This document shows positions 9,003 through 19,144 of a stretch of 64,000 nt of DNA, piece after piece. The notes below the pieces were generated by a model, which was not told the origin of the DNA, did not search any database, and saw only the letters and a program-made list of their open reading frames with translations. This DNA comes from a virus, in the IMG/VR virus record IMGVR_UViG_3300037225_000351, positions 4,123 to 68,122 of that record. One strand, written 5' to 3'. The stretch's first letter is position 1; the number at the start of each line of letters is the position of its first letter. Position numbers and translations under genes: made by a program.

Positions 9003-9609
9003 TATTAACTACTTCCGCTAACTTATTAGATTCTTCTATACGTGTCTCCGGCATTATAGGACTTGCAGACAATCCAATTCCTGCAACTTCTTTGCCATTC
9101 TTTAACAATTCCAACATTTTATTATGTATGAGTTTTGTCTTTGTTCGTTTCTCCCATTTATTAAAATTTTTCAATGCGTAAACATTCTGAAGATTCCTCT
9201 CAAATTTCTTTCCTTCTTCTTTTCGATCATTCTCTGTTTGGGGAATTGACATACATCTACAAGGAATCCAAGCTTGCGTAGTAGTATTAAATCCAGTATA
9301 TCCTCTACCATAGCATTTGCCGCATCCAGATCTCGGTTCCTTATATTTTGTATTAGTACTCTCGAAAAATGCCTTAATCTGAAGAAGCGGAGAAACATCC
9401 TTCTTATCAATAACAGTACCTTTATGAACATCTATAAACTTCTCGTCTTTTGCAGGAGCTACATATTTCTCTCCTACAAGACTATCACCTTCCTCAAAGT
9501 TCTCATCAGCATATAATTCCTCTTCATCGGGAACAATAGCAGGAGTTACAGCTTCAAACTTTTTAAGATCATCTGCATTAATATTAGGATCTACATTTTC
9601 TTCTGTCAT
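8995..9609 (-). CDS. Hypothetical protein with CxxCxGxG zinc finger
   Basis: CGKCYGRG...PCRC with an acidic N-terminus; lies between gp45 and gp44. Confidence 0.55.
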   Translation of the reverse strand: MTEENVDPNINADDLKKFEAVTPAIVPDEEELYADENFEEGDSLVGEKYVAPAKDEKFIDVHKGTVIDKKDVSPLLQIKAFFESTNTKYKEPRSGCGKCYGRGYTGFNTTTQAWIPCRCMSIPQTENDRKEEGKKFERNLQNVYALKNFNKWEKRTKTKLIHNKMLELLKNGKEVAGIGLSASPIMPETRIEESNKLAEVVNNG

Positions 9610-9611
9610 GA

Positions 9612-10352
9612 TTAATTCTCCTCTTTAATCTTACCTGTAAAAAGATCAACAGTTATAGGATCATCTTTGAAGGATGCTTTGATTTGTCCTATTGTCTTGA
9701 TTTCAAATAAATAATCTCTCTTAGGAATGTTTAGAAGGAAGTCTGCATTGATTGTAAAGTTAAATTCCTTTGAGAACCCTGTGAGATTTTGTATTGTGAA
9801 TGATTTGCTGTAAGTCTTGTCATATGCTTTCTGCTTCGGATTAATGTTCATATTTACAAGATCTATATTCACAACAGTAGCATTTCCATATACACGAGCT
9901 TTGCGTTTCTTATCAGAGGAAATCAAAGAACTTGCCTTACCAAAAGACTCCAATTCCTTTGAGGTAAACATAAAAGAAAAATCAGATGATCCCCAATTAG
10001 CGTAAAGTTTTGTCATATCAATTATCTCAGAACATGCCCTAGGATCTTTGAGGTAATATTCTGTCTTTGATGATTTGTCACTTATCACAATCTTATTATC
10101 TACAATGTCTATTTCGGGATTATCAAAGAGCTTGACGAACTGATAGAATTCATCAAAGTTATAAAATGCCAGTTGCTCTTGGGGAAACTCAAAGGATTTG
10201 GCAGGTGCTGAGAGATTCATCCAAATAAAAGACTCTGCTTGTTTGTGTTTGATGAAAATCTGATCGTTTCCTTTTACCATTACGATGGAGTTATTAATAG
10301 GGGAGAGACTCTTAACGACATCAAAGAGCTTGCGGTCATAGGAGAGAGACAT
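9612..10352 (-). CDS. gp45: Sliding clamp (gp45-like)
   Basis: KSLSPINNSI, FPxxxAFYNFDEF and YYLKDP; size and synteny fit. Confidence 0.8.
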   Translation of the reverse strand: MSLSYDRKLFDVVKSLSPINNSIVMVKGNDQIFIKHKQAESFIWMNLSAPAKSFEFPQEQLAFYNFDEFYQFVKLFDNPEIDIVDNKIVISDKSSKTEYYLKDPRACSEIIDMTKLYANWGSSDFSFMFTSKELESFGKASSLISSDKKRKARVYGNATVVNIDLVNMNINPKQKAYDKTYSKSFTIQNLTGFSKEFNFTINADFLLNIPKRDYLFEIKTIGQIKASFKDDPITVDLFTGKIKEEN

Positions 10353-10397
10353 ACATTAGTTCCTTTCAATAGGAGTTATATAAAATCTTACTAATAA

Positions 10398-10426
10398 AGT
10401 ATAATGTTTTTTTGGAGTGATGTCAA
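10398..10426 (-). promoter_or_regulatory. Early promoter, copy 2 (upstream of gp45)
   Basis: TTGACA-N17-TATACT. Confidence 0.85.
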
Positions 10427-10662
10427 GGTTTTTCTTTATTTATTTCTTTAGCGGACCAAACTACAATTCCACCATCTGATTGCTCGAATTGTGCTGGTAT
10501 AAGAGTGTTTTGATCAACTACAAAATCCAGGGTATCTCCAGACTTATAAGATGGATGTATATAAAAAGATGTATTATTTTCTGAATCTACTGCTGCTCTT
10601 AAAGAAAAATCTATGATGTTGTTCTTATAGTTCTCAATTAAATATTCTTGTAAGTTTTTCAT
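10423..10662 (-). CDS. Hypothetical protein
   Basis: IDFxLR...FYIHP...GDTLDF pattern. Confidence 0.55.
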   Translation of the reverse strand: MKNLQEYLIENYKNNIIDFSLRAAVDSENNTSFYIHPSYKSGDTLDFVVDQNTLIPAQFEQSDGGIVVWSAKEINKEKP

Positions 10663-10823
10663 TTCTTATCCTTTCTATTTTCACATTTTTTGATAAAGTC
10701 TTCAAGGTAGTTCTGACAAAGTTTATTGAAGGTAATGTCCTGTTTATGAGCTTCAATTGCTAACTTTAAAAACTCTGCATCTGTGAGATCTACTGTGATT
10801 GTCTTGTAGGTGGGCTTTATCAT
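10659..10823 (-). CDS. Small ribbon-helix-helix-like protein (54 aa)
   Basis: Manual translation MIKPTYKTITVDLTDAEFLKLAIEAHKQDITFNKLC..., with an AGGAG RBS. Confidence 0.5.
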   Translation of the reverse strand: MIKPTYKTITVDLTDAEFLKLAIEAHKQDITFNKLCQNYLEDFIKKCENRKDKK

Positions 10824-11490
10824 ATTAAACTCCTATTGTCTGTTAATGAAATAAGTTTTTCTTTTAACTCTACTATTCTTTCACGACATTGTTTTCCTGC
10901 TTCTATTCTCTCTGATCGCCATCCATGTACATAAGCTAAACCTACGAGATCATCTATTTCTTCTCCGAGCATTTTAATATAATCTTCATAGGCTTTGATT
11001 AGATCATTCATATTAAGTTCCTGTTTTGTTGCTGTTGTTAAGAATTTCGAGTGCATTATAAGGATCTATTTGAGTAGGTGGATTAATTGCTTTTCTATAG
11101 CTACTTATTTTACAAACACCTATTGGATTTACTTCCTCAAAAGTTTTGTATATTACCTTTTTACCACTGCCAGCGGGTTCTTCAAATTCCCAACTACCAT
11201 CTTTTAATTCCCGTAAATTTGATGGTTGACTTTTCATTGTTTTGTTTCCTTATCTATTTCTTTAATAATATCAGTTACTAACAAACCAGTATCTTCATCA
11301 AAATAATGAATTATAAAAACAAATGTTATTCTTCCGTTTGGATAGTGCCTTTCTTCTATTGCCATCATTCTTCATCCCACCATTTTGAGTTTGCAATTTT
11401 CTCACATATATAATAGCATCTATGATTAAGGATATGGTCATCAATCCAATCTAATATTAGAACTGTGAGATGTTGCAGAAAATTAATCAT

Positions 11491-13473
11491 CTATTTTTTG
11501 GTTCCTAACATACAAGAATCACCATCACAAAACTTCTCTGTCTCTGCTTGTTCATTTTTAATATGTTTGAAATTTACTTTCTTAATATTTTTATCTAATT
11601 TATTGAATTCTTCTTCTGTAATTTTTTCATATGGTGCTTGTTCGTATACTTTTTTATCTTTTTTAGGAAGAAATGATATACTTTTTAATTGATACTGAAA
11701 GTAATTTAATGCTGATAGTAATTGATCTTCTTCATCTTTTTTAAATGTAACAGTACAAGAAACTTGATTGTCAGACCAATATTTTTGTAGGAATGCAGCT
11801 AAAGATAATTGCTCCCATATAGTAATATCATCTGTAGTTTTTAGATTTTTTTCTTCAAATTTAACAGGAATTTCTACGACTAATGTATTTTCTTTTTCAT
11901 CTTTACAAACTTCTATTTTATATCCAGCTTTAGTTAATGGTTCAATTATTTTACTATTTTTACTTATTCTTACTCTTCTAATATAATATAATGATTCTGG
12001 AAAATGCATTCCCGGAGTTACCCCTGCAAGCAAAGAAATACTACCTGACGGTTTAACACTTGTCTTTTTTATACTTTTCGGTATAGCTAGCCATTCACTG
12101 TATTCCGTATCTAAATCATCAAGATACTTATATCCAGATTCACAATATTCTTTTAAAAGATGTATTCCTTTTTTTGCTATAAATTGAGTTATACCTGTAA
12201 GCGAACACCCTATTCTTCTATTTCTTAACATGACTCTATTTGTAACAGGCCAATGTGTTTTACCAAGAGTAACTGTTTTTGCGTAAAGATACGCAAATTT
12301 TAATGTTCTTAAAAAATCATCTTTGTCAATACAATTAGTAGGAAATACTTCTACGAGGCAACAACACTCTCCACTTTCAAGACTTTGCTCGGCGCAGGGA
12401 TTGCAACCAGTAATTCTAAAATCTTTATTATCAGCTCCATTATTCATTCTTGAATATTGTTTTGCATTTTCCAACCACAAATACCCTGGTTCTCCATTGT
12501 TTTTTGTTCTTTCAATAATTTTTGAATAATCCATTCCTATCTCCGCAAAAACACTATTATTAGAAGTCCAACCATATTCTTCTCTATCAGGATTTACATT
12601 ATAATTTTTAAGATCAAGATACTCTTCTGAAGAAGGATCACCAAAGACAATCTCTGCTGTCCTTCGCACATTTCCTGAAACGACGCACTCTCCAATCATA
12701 TTCATAATGTCTACTAAATATCTTATAGAAATTGGTTCGCCAGTTGCTTTATTTAATGTTTTTCTTATATTTGTATGAAGTTTTTCTAAAGGTTTCGATC
12801 CAGAAGAAATACCACCAAACCCTTTAATTGATTCTCCTTCTTTTCTTATCTGTGAATAATCAAATTCTATATCTGCTAAATTATAAGAATATGCTTCTAA
12901 TAAAATTTTTACAGAATCTACCCATCCTTCTCGCGTATCTGCTATAATATATTTTTCGGATTTTCTATCTTTGTTTACTCCTTTGATAATTATTTTTTCC
13001 GCTCCTCTACAATCAAATCCAACTCCAACACCTAACATACTCATATCCATTAAAAAGCAAAAAGGCATTGAAAAGTCTTGATCAATTGTTTCTGTGCTTA
13101 TGAATGAACAATTATTTAATGCTGCATAAAGATGTTTTTCTTCTGTTATAGGACTTCCCATTGCCCATAACCCACGACCAGGAGGGAGAAATTTCATATT
13201 AAACATTCGATCATACATTTCTTGAGCGGATTTTTGAGCCTTCCAAGCATTCCATCCAAGCCCATGTTCATCTATCCAATGTTTTTGCATTGTATATGTT
13301 CCATTGACAACTCGCTCACATGTTTCGTACCATTCTTCATTATTTCCATCTTCTTTAATTCTTGAATAAGTTCTTATATAAACAATTTCTCCGAGACCAT
13401 TAAATCCGAAAGGAGGCTTTTTGTTTTTATAAGTCTTTACAAATGTATCAGATAATTGAAATTTAGTATGCAT
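11491..13473 (-). CDS. nrdJ: Class II (adenosylcobalamin-dependent) monomeric ribonucleoside-triphosphate reductase
   Basis: RTYSR, PPGRGLW, ALNNC, GNVRRTAEI, NPCAEQ, VKPSG, DNQVSCTV and the C-terminal FCDGDSC cysteine pair. Confidence 0.95.
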   Translation of the reverse strand: MHTKFQLSDTFVKTYKNKKPPFGFNGLGEIVYIRTYSRIKEDGNNEEWYETCERVVNGTYTMQKHWIDEHGLGWNAWKAQKSAQEMYDRMFNMKFLPPGRGLWAMGSPITEEKHLYAALNNCSFISTETIDQDFSMPFCFLMDMSMLGVGVGFDCRGAEKIIIKGVNKDRKSEKYIIADTREGWVDSVKILLEAYSYNLADIEFDYSQIRKEGESIKGFGGISSGSKPLEKLHTNIRKTLNKATGEPISIRYLVDIMNMIGECVVSGNVRRTAEIVFGDPSSEEYLDLKNYNVNPDREEYGWTSNNSVFAEIGMDYSKIIERTKNNGEPGYLWLENAKQYSRMNNGADNKDFRITGCNPCAEQSLESGECCCLVEVFPTNCIDKDDFLRTLKFAYLYAKTVTLGKTHWPVTNRVMLRNRRIGCSLTGITQFIAKKGIHLLKEYCESGYKYLDDLDTEYSEWLAIPKSIKKTSVKPSGSISLLAGVTPGMHFPESLYYIRRVRISKNSKIIEPLTKAGYKIEVCKDEKENTLVVEIPVKFEEKNLKTTDDITIWEQLSLAAFLQKYWSDNQVSCTVTFKKDEEDQLLSALNYFQYQLKSISFLPKKDKKVYEQAPYEKITEEEFNKLDKNIKKVNFKHIKNEQAETEKFCDGDSCMLGTKK

Positions 13474-13504
13474 TCTTTAATTCTCCTTGATATTAGCTAT
13501 ATTG

Positions 13505-13975
13505 TTACCATATTTTATCATCCATTATTATTTTCCATGTTATTCCATTTTCCCTACACCATTTTTCGGCGGCGGACCACTTGTTAGAATTCACCGCGTA
13601 TTGTTGTGCCTTAAACTGGAACTGACGGAGAGATTTTTGAGTTCTTCGCTTTGGCATTTGAGGGGCTATTGTATCGCTTTTTGATTTGATTTCAATTAAA
13701 TACTTTCCTATTTTTCCATCATTTTCTTTAATCTCTACATACAGATCGGGCACATACTCATGTTTTTCGACGTGGTGAAGTTTCCAATTTAAAAATACAG
13801 GACGCAAATATGGAATTGTCATGCCCTCATATTCCCACCTTAATACATTTAAATTATTGTCGCAAAAATAGAAGACTCGTTGCTCTAAATTTGATTTATA
13901 AAAGATTCTTGTTTTCTTTTTATTAATATATTTTTCTGGCTTTTGAAGAACATACCAATCCTGCTTCCATGCCAT
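13505..13975 (-). CDS. gp4: Head completion nuclease (gp4-like, PD-(D/E)xK)
   Basis: PEKY, YKSxLE, WxYE, YVPDL, LIEIK and NxxKWxAAxxWC. Start moved to MAWKQ. Confidence 0.85.
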   Translation of the reverse strand: MAWKQDWYVLQKPEKYINKKKTRIFYKSNLEQRVFYFCDNNLNVLRWEYEGMTIPYLRPVFLNWKLHHVEKHEYVPDLYVEIKENDGKIGKYLIEIKSKSDTIAPQMPKRRTQKSLRQFQFKAQQYAVNSNKWSAAEKWCRENGITWKIIMDDKIW

Positions 13976-13980
13976 AATAC

Positions 13981-14871
13981 TTATCTCAGTTTCTTTATTT
14001 TTTCTCCAATTACCGCCCAATCATTCAATAATTTTCTGAGTTTGTGCTTGTTAAAAAACTTAAACAAAACAATTGTATCAATGGGAGAAATCTTATAGTT
14101 CTTGAAATTATTTATAACATTAATACATATATTTTCTGGAATTTGAGTTAAGTCGATTAGCTTCTTATTCATCTCCCAATTTTCTCTAAGTTTTTTATCT
14201 GTATCTAAAAAAGCTTCCAGACCAGATTCTAATATGGATGCCGCAGTCTTCGGACCAATTCGAGGTCTTACAGGAAGTACAGAATCTCCTCCGTCTCCTG
14301 TAAGAATTTTGAGTTGTAAAGACTTGCTTGGATTAATACATTCAACATATTCTTTAACGACTGGTTTAAACTGTTTGATTCTCTGAGATACTAAAAGTTG
14401 ATGAAAATCTTTATCTGATGAAAGAATAACAATATTATCATCTTTAATCTCTCTGGATAAAATTGAAATAATATCGTCTGCTTCACACCTATCAACTTTG
14501 AGGGAGATAATATTTGTAAATGTACTCTTAATATCTACTAACATCTCATTTAATACTTCATACCATATGTCCCATTTAATATCAGATTTTTTCCGCTTTA
14601 GCTTTCGCTCCCATTTATAATCTTTGTATATATCATAACGCCAATTATTAGATGAATCCTCTGCTAATATTACTTTCTGTGGCGAGAATCTTTCAATATT
14701 AGAAAAAATACATCCAAGAAATGCACTCTTCCATAAATCAAAGTGGCCGTTATCTGTTGGATTAGAGTAATGAACAGCGTGTAAAGTATTATGAGCAATA
14801 TTACTCACATCCACGATCAAAGTTAATTCATCTTGCTTAAAGAAATCATCTAATTCTTCTTCTGATGACAT
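13981..14871 (-). CDS. rnh: RNase H / 5'-3' flap exonuclease (T4 rnh-like)
   Basis: IVDVSN, WRxxxYxxYK, EADDII, SSDKDFxQL and GDxxDxV. Confidence 0.92.
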   Translation of the reverse strand: MSSEEELDDFFKQDELTLIVDVSNIAHNTLHAVHYSNPTDNGHFDLWKSAFLGCIFSNIERFSPQKVILAEDSSNNWRYDIYKDYKWERKLKRKKSDIKWDIWYEVLNEMLVDIKSTFTNIISLKVDRCEADDIISILSREIKDDNIVILSSDKDFHQLLVSQRIKQFKPVVKEYVECINPSKSLQLKILTGDGGDSVLPVRPRIGPKTAASILESGLEAFLDTDKKLRENWEMNKKLIDLTQIPENICINVINNFKNYKISPIDTIVLFKFFNKHKLRKLLNDWAVIGEKIKKLR

Positions 14872-15233
14872 TATGATCTTTTGCCTCCGTGCCTTAAAGT
14901 TCTTGATTTATTATATTCGTGTTTTCTTTCAACTGCAGACTGTATATCAATTTTAAGTTTTCTACAATTATCCAAGACTCTAATTATGATATCAGCAAAT
15001 TCCTCTTCAGCACATGTTAATGGATCAATACGAGCGTCTACCATTTTCTCAGATTTATCGCAGAGACTATGAAGATTATTATTTCTCCAAGCTTCATGTA
15101 ACTCGCATACTTCATCGTGCAAATTATTACAAGCACGTTCTACAAATGCATCTTCTCCTTCTGACTCTGAATGCCAGCCTTTTTCCCATGCAAGACTATG
15201 GACAGCATCTGCAATTTCATTAAGAGTTTTCAT
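14871..15233 (-). CDS. MazG-like NTP pyrophosphohydrolase
   Basis: HDEVCELHEA...EEEFADIIIRVLD...KHEYNxxR. Confidence 0.8.
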   Translation of the reverse strand: MKTLNEIADAVHSLAWEKGWHSESEGEDAFVERACNNLHDEVCELHEAWRNNNLHSLCDKSEKMVDARIDPLTCAEEEFADIIIRVLDNCRKLKIDIQSAVERKHEYNKSRTLRHGGKRS

Positions 15234-15364
15234 TTAATACCAATCCATCGGATAACTATCATCGTCAATTGGTTGTATCTCATCTCCATTATCTATTTTT
15301 CCCTCTAATTTTTCTTTAACTAAGTTTTCCATATATTCTTCGTGATACCTTTTTTGAGAATTAC

Positions 15365-15643
15365 TCATATTATGTCTTCCTCTCCACTGAATAATGTTTT
15401 AGTATAAGGACTAACTTGTACTGTATTACTATCATTATCTACATAAATTTCAATCTTAGAATAATCTATAGGAGTCAAATACAATCCCATGCTCTCTAAT
15501 TTCTTTGCTTCATTAATAAGATAGGATTTAATTTTATGTCTTGTATTTTCATTGTTGATAGAGTATAGAAAATTATCTTCTAGTTCTTTATGAATTCTTT
15601 CTAGTTCTATTTTTCTTAGTTCTTTTAATTCTTCTCTGTTCAA
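15365..15643 (-). CDS. Hypothetical protein
   Basis: AAGGAG RBS with a TTG start. Confidence 0.45.
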   Translation of the reverse strand: MNREELKELRKIELERIHKELEDNFLYSINNENTRHKIKSYLINEAKKLESMGLYLTPIDYSKIEIYVDNDSNTVQVSPYTKTLFSGEEDII

Positions 15644-15992
15644 TTATTCTCCTTTATTAAAACAAATGAAATAACTCGGCTAATCATTACAATTTTATTT
15701 AGTTGATCCATATCATTAAAAGTAATTATATTTCTTGCATACAAAGGTATAGATACTCTTAAATTTTCAATAAATAGTTGATTTCTAAGATTTTTCATTT
15801 TTTACCTTTCATTTATCTTAGGCAATCTCATTTTCATTATAGATCCTGCATTTGTTCTTCCATCATAATCCTCATCTACCACTACAGCTCCACAATCTTG
15901 ACACCATCTTACAACAACAGAAGAATTATCATATCTTGAAGAAGCATTATAAATTTCAATTAGATTATGAATTCCTTTACTACACATTTTAC

Positions 15993-16229
15993 TTATCCTT
16001 TCCTAATAGATTCTGCAAAGTCTGGAACATTACCACAAGAGAAATATCCACCTTCATGATTCTTGCAGCCTTTATTAGAACAATATAAGTACCAGTCCCA
16101 ATACTTATTATTAGGATCTTTGGTATCTCCACTCATTTCATCATTACAAAGACAAAATATCAAATTCCATCCACAATCTCTACAATAATAATTAGGTTCA
16201 ATACTACTTTGATCTGGTTTATGATTCAT
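15993..16229 (-). CDS. Cys-rich zinc-binding hypothetical protein
   Basis: CxxC...CxC...CxNxxC motif. Confidence 0.5.
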   Translation of the reverse strand: MNHKPDQSSIEPNYYCRDCGWNLIFCLCNDEMSGDTKDPNNKYWDWYLYCSNKGCKNHEGGYFSCGNVPDFAESIRKG

Positions 16230-16771
16230 TTCAATTCCTCCAATGTTCCTACAACTAATTCTTTATGCTCGATCTGTTCTAAAACTTGGTCAATAAAAGA
16301 TCTCCAATGAGGAAGTATATGATTCTTTCTCTGTACTATGATATTCTGCAATGTTTTATACGACATGCACCATTCTCTTGTCTGCAAGAATCCTTCTGGG
16401 AGTTTCCTTTTAATTCTCTGAAAATCTTTGAGAACTATGAGACCATTTAGTTCTTTGAGATAGGATTCAGATATATCATAATCCTCAAAGTTCTCAGATG
16501 TTAATTCTTTCTTTAAGATTGTATGAACTGTTGATTCGCTTTGCTTTGTAGAAATCCTAAAAGTATCTGCTTCAGCCCACCAATATCGAGGAGCTTTAAC
16601 TTCCAACCAAATAATCATATGCTCTAAGAATTTATTATGTCCTCCTGATTTATTGCAGAGTCTTTTAGCAACACCTCCCATTTTCTCTATTAGCTGATTC
16701 TTATTTAAAGACAATCCATATAGAGCAGAATTATAACCTGCTTCATCTAATTTCTTAACTGTTATTTGCAT
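16226..16771 (-). CDS. ThyX (Thy1)-fold protein with a divergent active site
   Basis: GGHNKFLEH, APRYWWxEADTFR...SEST, LPEGFLQTR and NIIVQRKNH align loosely with ThyX blocks; the RHR motif is absent. Confidence 0.6.
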   Translation of the reverse strand: MQITVKKLDEAGYNSALYGLSLNKNQLIEKMGGVAKRLCNKSGGHNKFLEHMIIWLEVKAPRYWWAEADTFRISTKQSESTVHTILKKELTSENFEDYDISESYLKELNGLIVLKDFQRIKRKLPEGFLQTREWCMSYKTLQNIIVQRKNHILPHWRSFIDQVLEQIEHKELVVGTLEELK

Positions 16772-16980
16772 TAATTCTTTACTTCTTTCTCATTAACACA
16801 GCAAACTTTAATTCCTATAAGTTCTTTTGCAGTCATTCCAGATTTCACAAAACAAGTTAATTCTCCTCTTTCAAAATTCTTATTAATATAGTCTGCTTCA
16901 AAATCCGTATCAGGTACTATCAGCAATCCATCTTTAATAATTTCTACTTTCATAATTAATCTCCTTTATGATGTAAGTAA

Positions 16981-17009
16981 AGTATAATGTTTATTTGAGA
17001 AGAAGTCAA
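16981..17009 (-). promoter_or_regulatory. Early promoter, copy 3
   Basis: TTGACT-N17-TATACT with AAACAT. Confidence 0.8.
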
Positions 17010-17242
17010 GAGGAATCTACGAAATATTTCCTATATGAAGATCTAATTTTTTAGCCAGCCATATATTAAAACATGTGAGACTATGAAAGTGATTGTCATT
17101 TAATTTAACATATTCACCATCACATGCAATTTCAGAATACTCTCCGTTATCAGATGGACGAGTTACAATCATATGATCTTTATCTAAAATTTCAGTATTA
17201 CAAGCATCACAGCTAATAATCGTTACATTCTTTATAGTCATT

Positions 17243-18328
17243 TCATTCTCCTTTAATTTTATAGAATAGAGTTTTATAAGCTTTCTCAGTCAATTCTCTT
17301 CCTGTGAGCATCTGAAATAAATATGTCTGCCATTCCTTATAATTCTTCTGGATCTCTAAGGCTTGGTCTTTCTTTGTTTTTAGTTCTTTCAGTTTCTCAC
17401 AGATCTCAGATAGTTCTTTCAGTTTCTCACATGTCTTTATACCATTTTCTACGATGTCTTTTAAAGTATTCTTGCATGCCTCTGCTATCTCGTAATCGAA
17501 GGTCTCTACCATTTTATCATAGAACTCAGAGTATGTAGAAGGTTTTCCGAAAGAGAGCCAGACATCATAGACTTTATCGTAACTTCCAAGAAGAGATTTC
17601 ATACGATGCAAACTAAGGTACCAAATTGATTTGAGCTTATGAAGAGTCTGGCCGTTATTAGTATATATCACAACACCTTCGATGCCCTTGGATGCCTTGA
17701 TAGATTCTATGAGATCTGTGATTGTTTTAAACTTATATATCTCAGGTCGCTTCATTCCTATCTCTTTAGCATATACATCTAATTCACTTTGAGTAAGTAA
17801 AGAATAATCTTCATGTTTTACTACTCCGACAAGATAAAAGTCAACCTCTGGATATTTTAGTATGATCTGGTTGCTTGGAGAAACCCATTCAATTAAAACA
17901 GAATAATTCCAGGTCTCTGAGTCATATGAGAATATTTTTGGATATCTTTCTTTGAGAAGATTTAATTCACTTCCATTCTCATGTATAAAGGCATCAAATG
18001 TTCCTCTTGTGCGTATGATTAACTGCCCTTTATACTTACTACAGATACACAAAGAACCGTCTAATTTAGCAGGAAGAATAGCATTAGAGATATCAGTGGG
18101 AGGAGGTGAGAGTTCTGCTTGTTCTCCATAGTTGAAAAATTTGGGAAAACCTGCTGAGATAAGAGTTCCATCTTTGGTCCATACAGAAGATCGAAATATG
18201 AGATTGTCTTTATTCCAATGTGCTTCAAGTTCTGGTTGAATTAAAAGAACATCCTCTTCAGCAATTTTACCTTCGTGAATTCTGAATTCTGATGCATCTA
18301 TTAATTGTAAAAAGCTTGGAAGTTTCAT
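17243..18328 (-). CDS. RNA ligase 1 family (T4 RnlA-like)
   Basis: FPKFFN, motif I KLDGSL, TRG, EWVSPxNQI, EGVV and KLKS. Confidence 0.85.
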   Translation of the reverse strand: MKLPSFLQLIDASEFRIHEGKIAEEDVLLIQPELEAHWNKDNLIFRSSVWTKDGTLISAGFPKFFNYGEQAELSPPPTDISNAILPAKLDGSLCICSKYKGQLIIRTRGTFDAFIHENGSELNLLKERYPKIFSYDSETWNYSVLIEWVSPSNQIILKYPEVDFYLVGVVKHEDYSLLTQSELDVYAKEIGMKRPEIYKFKTITDLIESIKASKGIEGVVIYTNNGQTLHKLKSIWYLSLHRMKSLLGSYDKVYDVWLSFGKPSTYSEFYDKMVETFDYEIAEACKNTLKDIVENGIKTCEKLKELSEICEKLKELKTKKDQALEIQKNYKEWQTYLFQMLTGRELTEKAYKTLFYKIKGE

Positions 18329-18738
18329 TTGATTTTTGTTAGATTCAAGTAAACATCATAACATCCATCACCACCCATAGAACTAATAATAAAAGCTTTA
18401 TCTGTATTTAATGTTTCTCCATATGATGTTTCGTCTAACCAAGCAATCCATCCATCATGATCGAGCTTTGCAGCAATAACATAACAGGGATCAATAACTA
18501 CAATTTTTCCAGATGTTACTTTAAGAGTTTCATTGTTGCCCTCACATACCTCTCCTCCAAATAATTCTGGCCACGTATTAGGAATCTCATATTTAACCTT
18601 ATATTTTCCATTAGGAACTTCGAAAACATCTCCTAACTTCAAAGCATTCAAATCATCTCTATCCTTTTTAAAATAAGAATAATCACAAACAATGATCATT
18701 CCTGCATCTACTCCAATACATTTAGCTTTTAAAATCAT
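18325..18738 (-). CDS. Hypothetical protein
   Basis: IGVDAG...IDPCYV...GGDGCY pattern. Confidence 0.55.
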   Translation of the reverse strand: MILKAKCIGVDAGMIIVCDYSYFKKDRDDLNALKLGDVFEVPNGKYKVKYEIPNTWPELFGGEVCEGNNETLKVTSGKIVVIDPCYVIAAKLDHDGWIAWLDETSYGETLNTDKAFIISSMGGDGCYDVYLNLTKIK

Positions 18739-18749
18739 TTGAGACTCCT

Positions 18750-19055
18750 TTAATTTTTACACTCATAGACAATTACAGTTTTCTCTTTAGCTTCACATTC
18801 ACATATTGTAGAAGAATCAAAAGGACAGCTATCTTCTGTTCCTTCATCACCAGTGCAGTCAGCGTCACAGAACCCGATAAACATACCATTGACTTCTACA
18901 ACAATCCAATAAATAATATACCATCTGTGTTTATCTCCTGAGTCTTTGTATACTTCTTTTGCATTTCGGATGGTTTCAATAATATCTTCTTCTGTAATTC
19001 CTTAACCTTTACTTTCATTGTATTTCTTAACATGCTTAAAGACTCTTTCATTCAT
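18750..19055 (-). pseudogene. 101-codon gene interrupted by one in-frame TAA
   Basis: AGGAG RBS and ATG, then MNERVFKHVKKYNESKG, TAA at 19002-19004, and the frame continues for 83 codons (GITEEDIIETIR...VYECKN). Confidence 0.65.
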
Positions 19056-19144
19056 AAGAAAACTCCTTTTATTTATGCAACATTCCTATAATAGAACCAA
19101 TAATAAACATAATAGATCCTGCGATATAAAACCAATAACTCATA

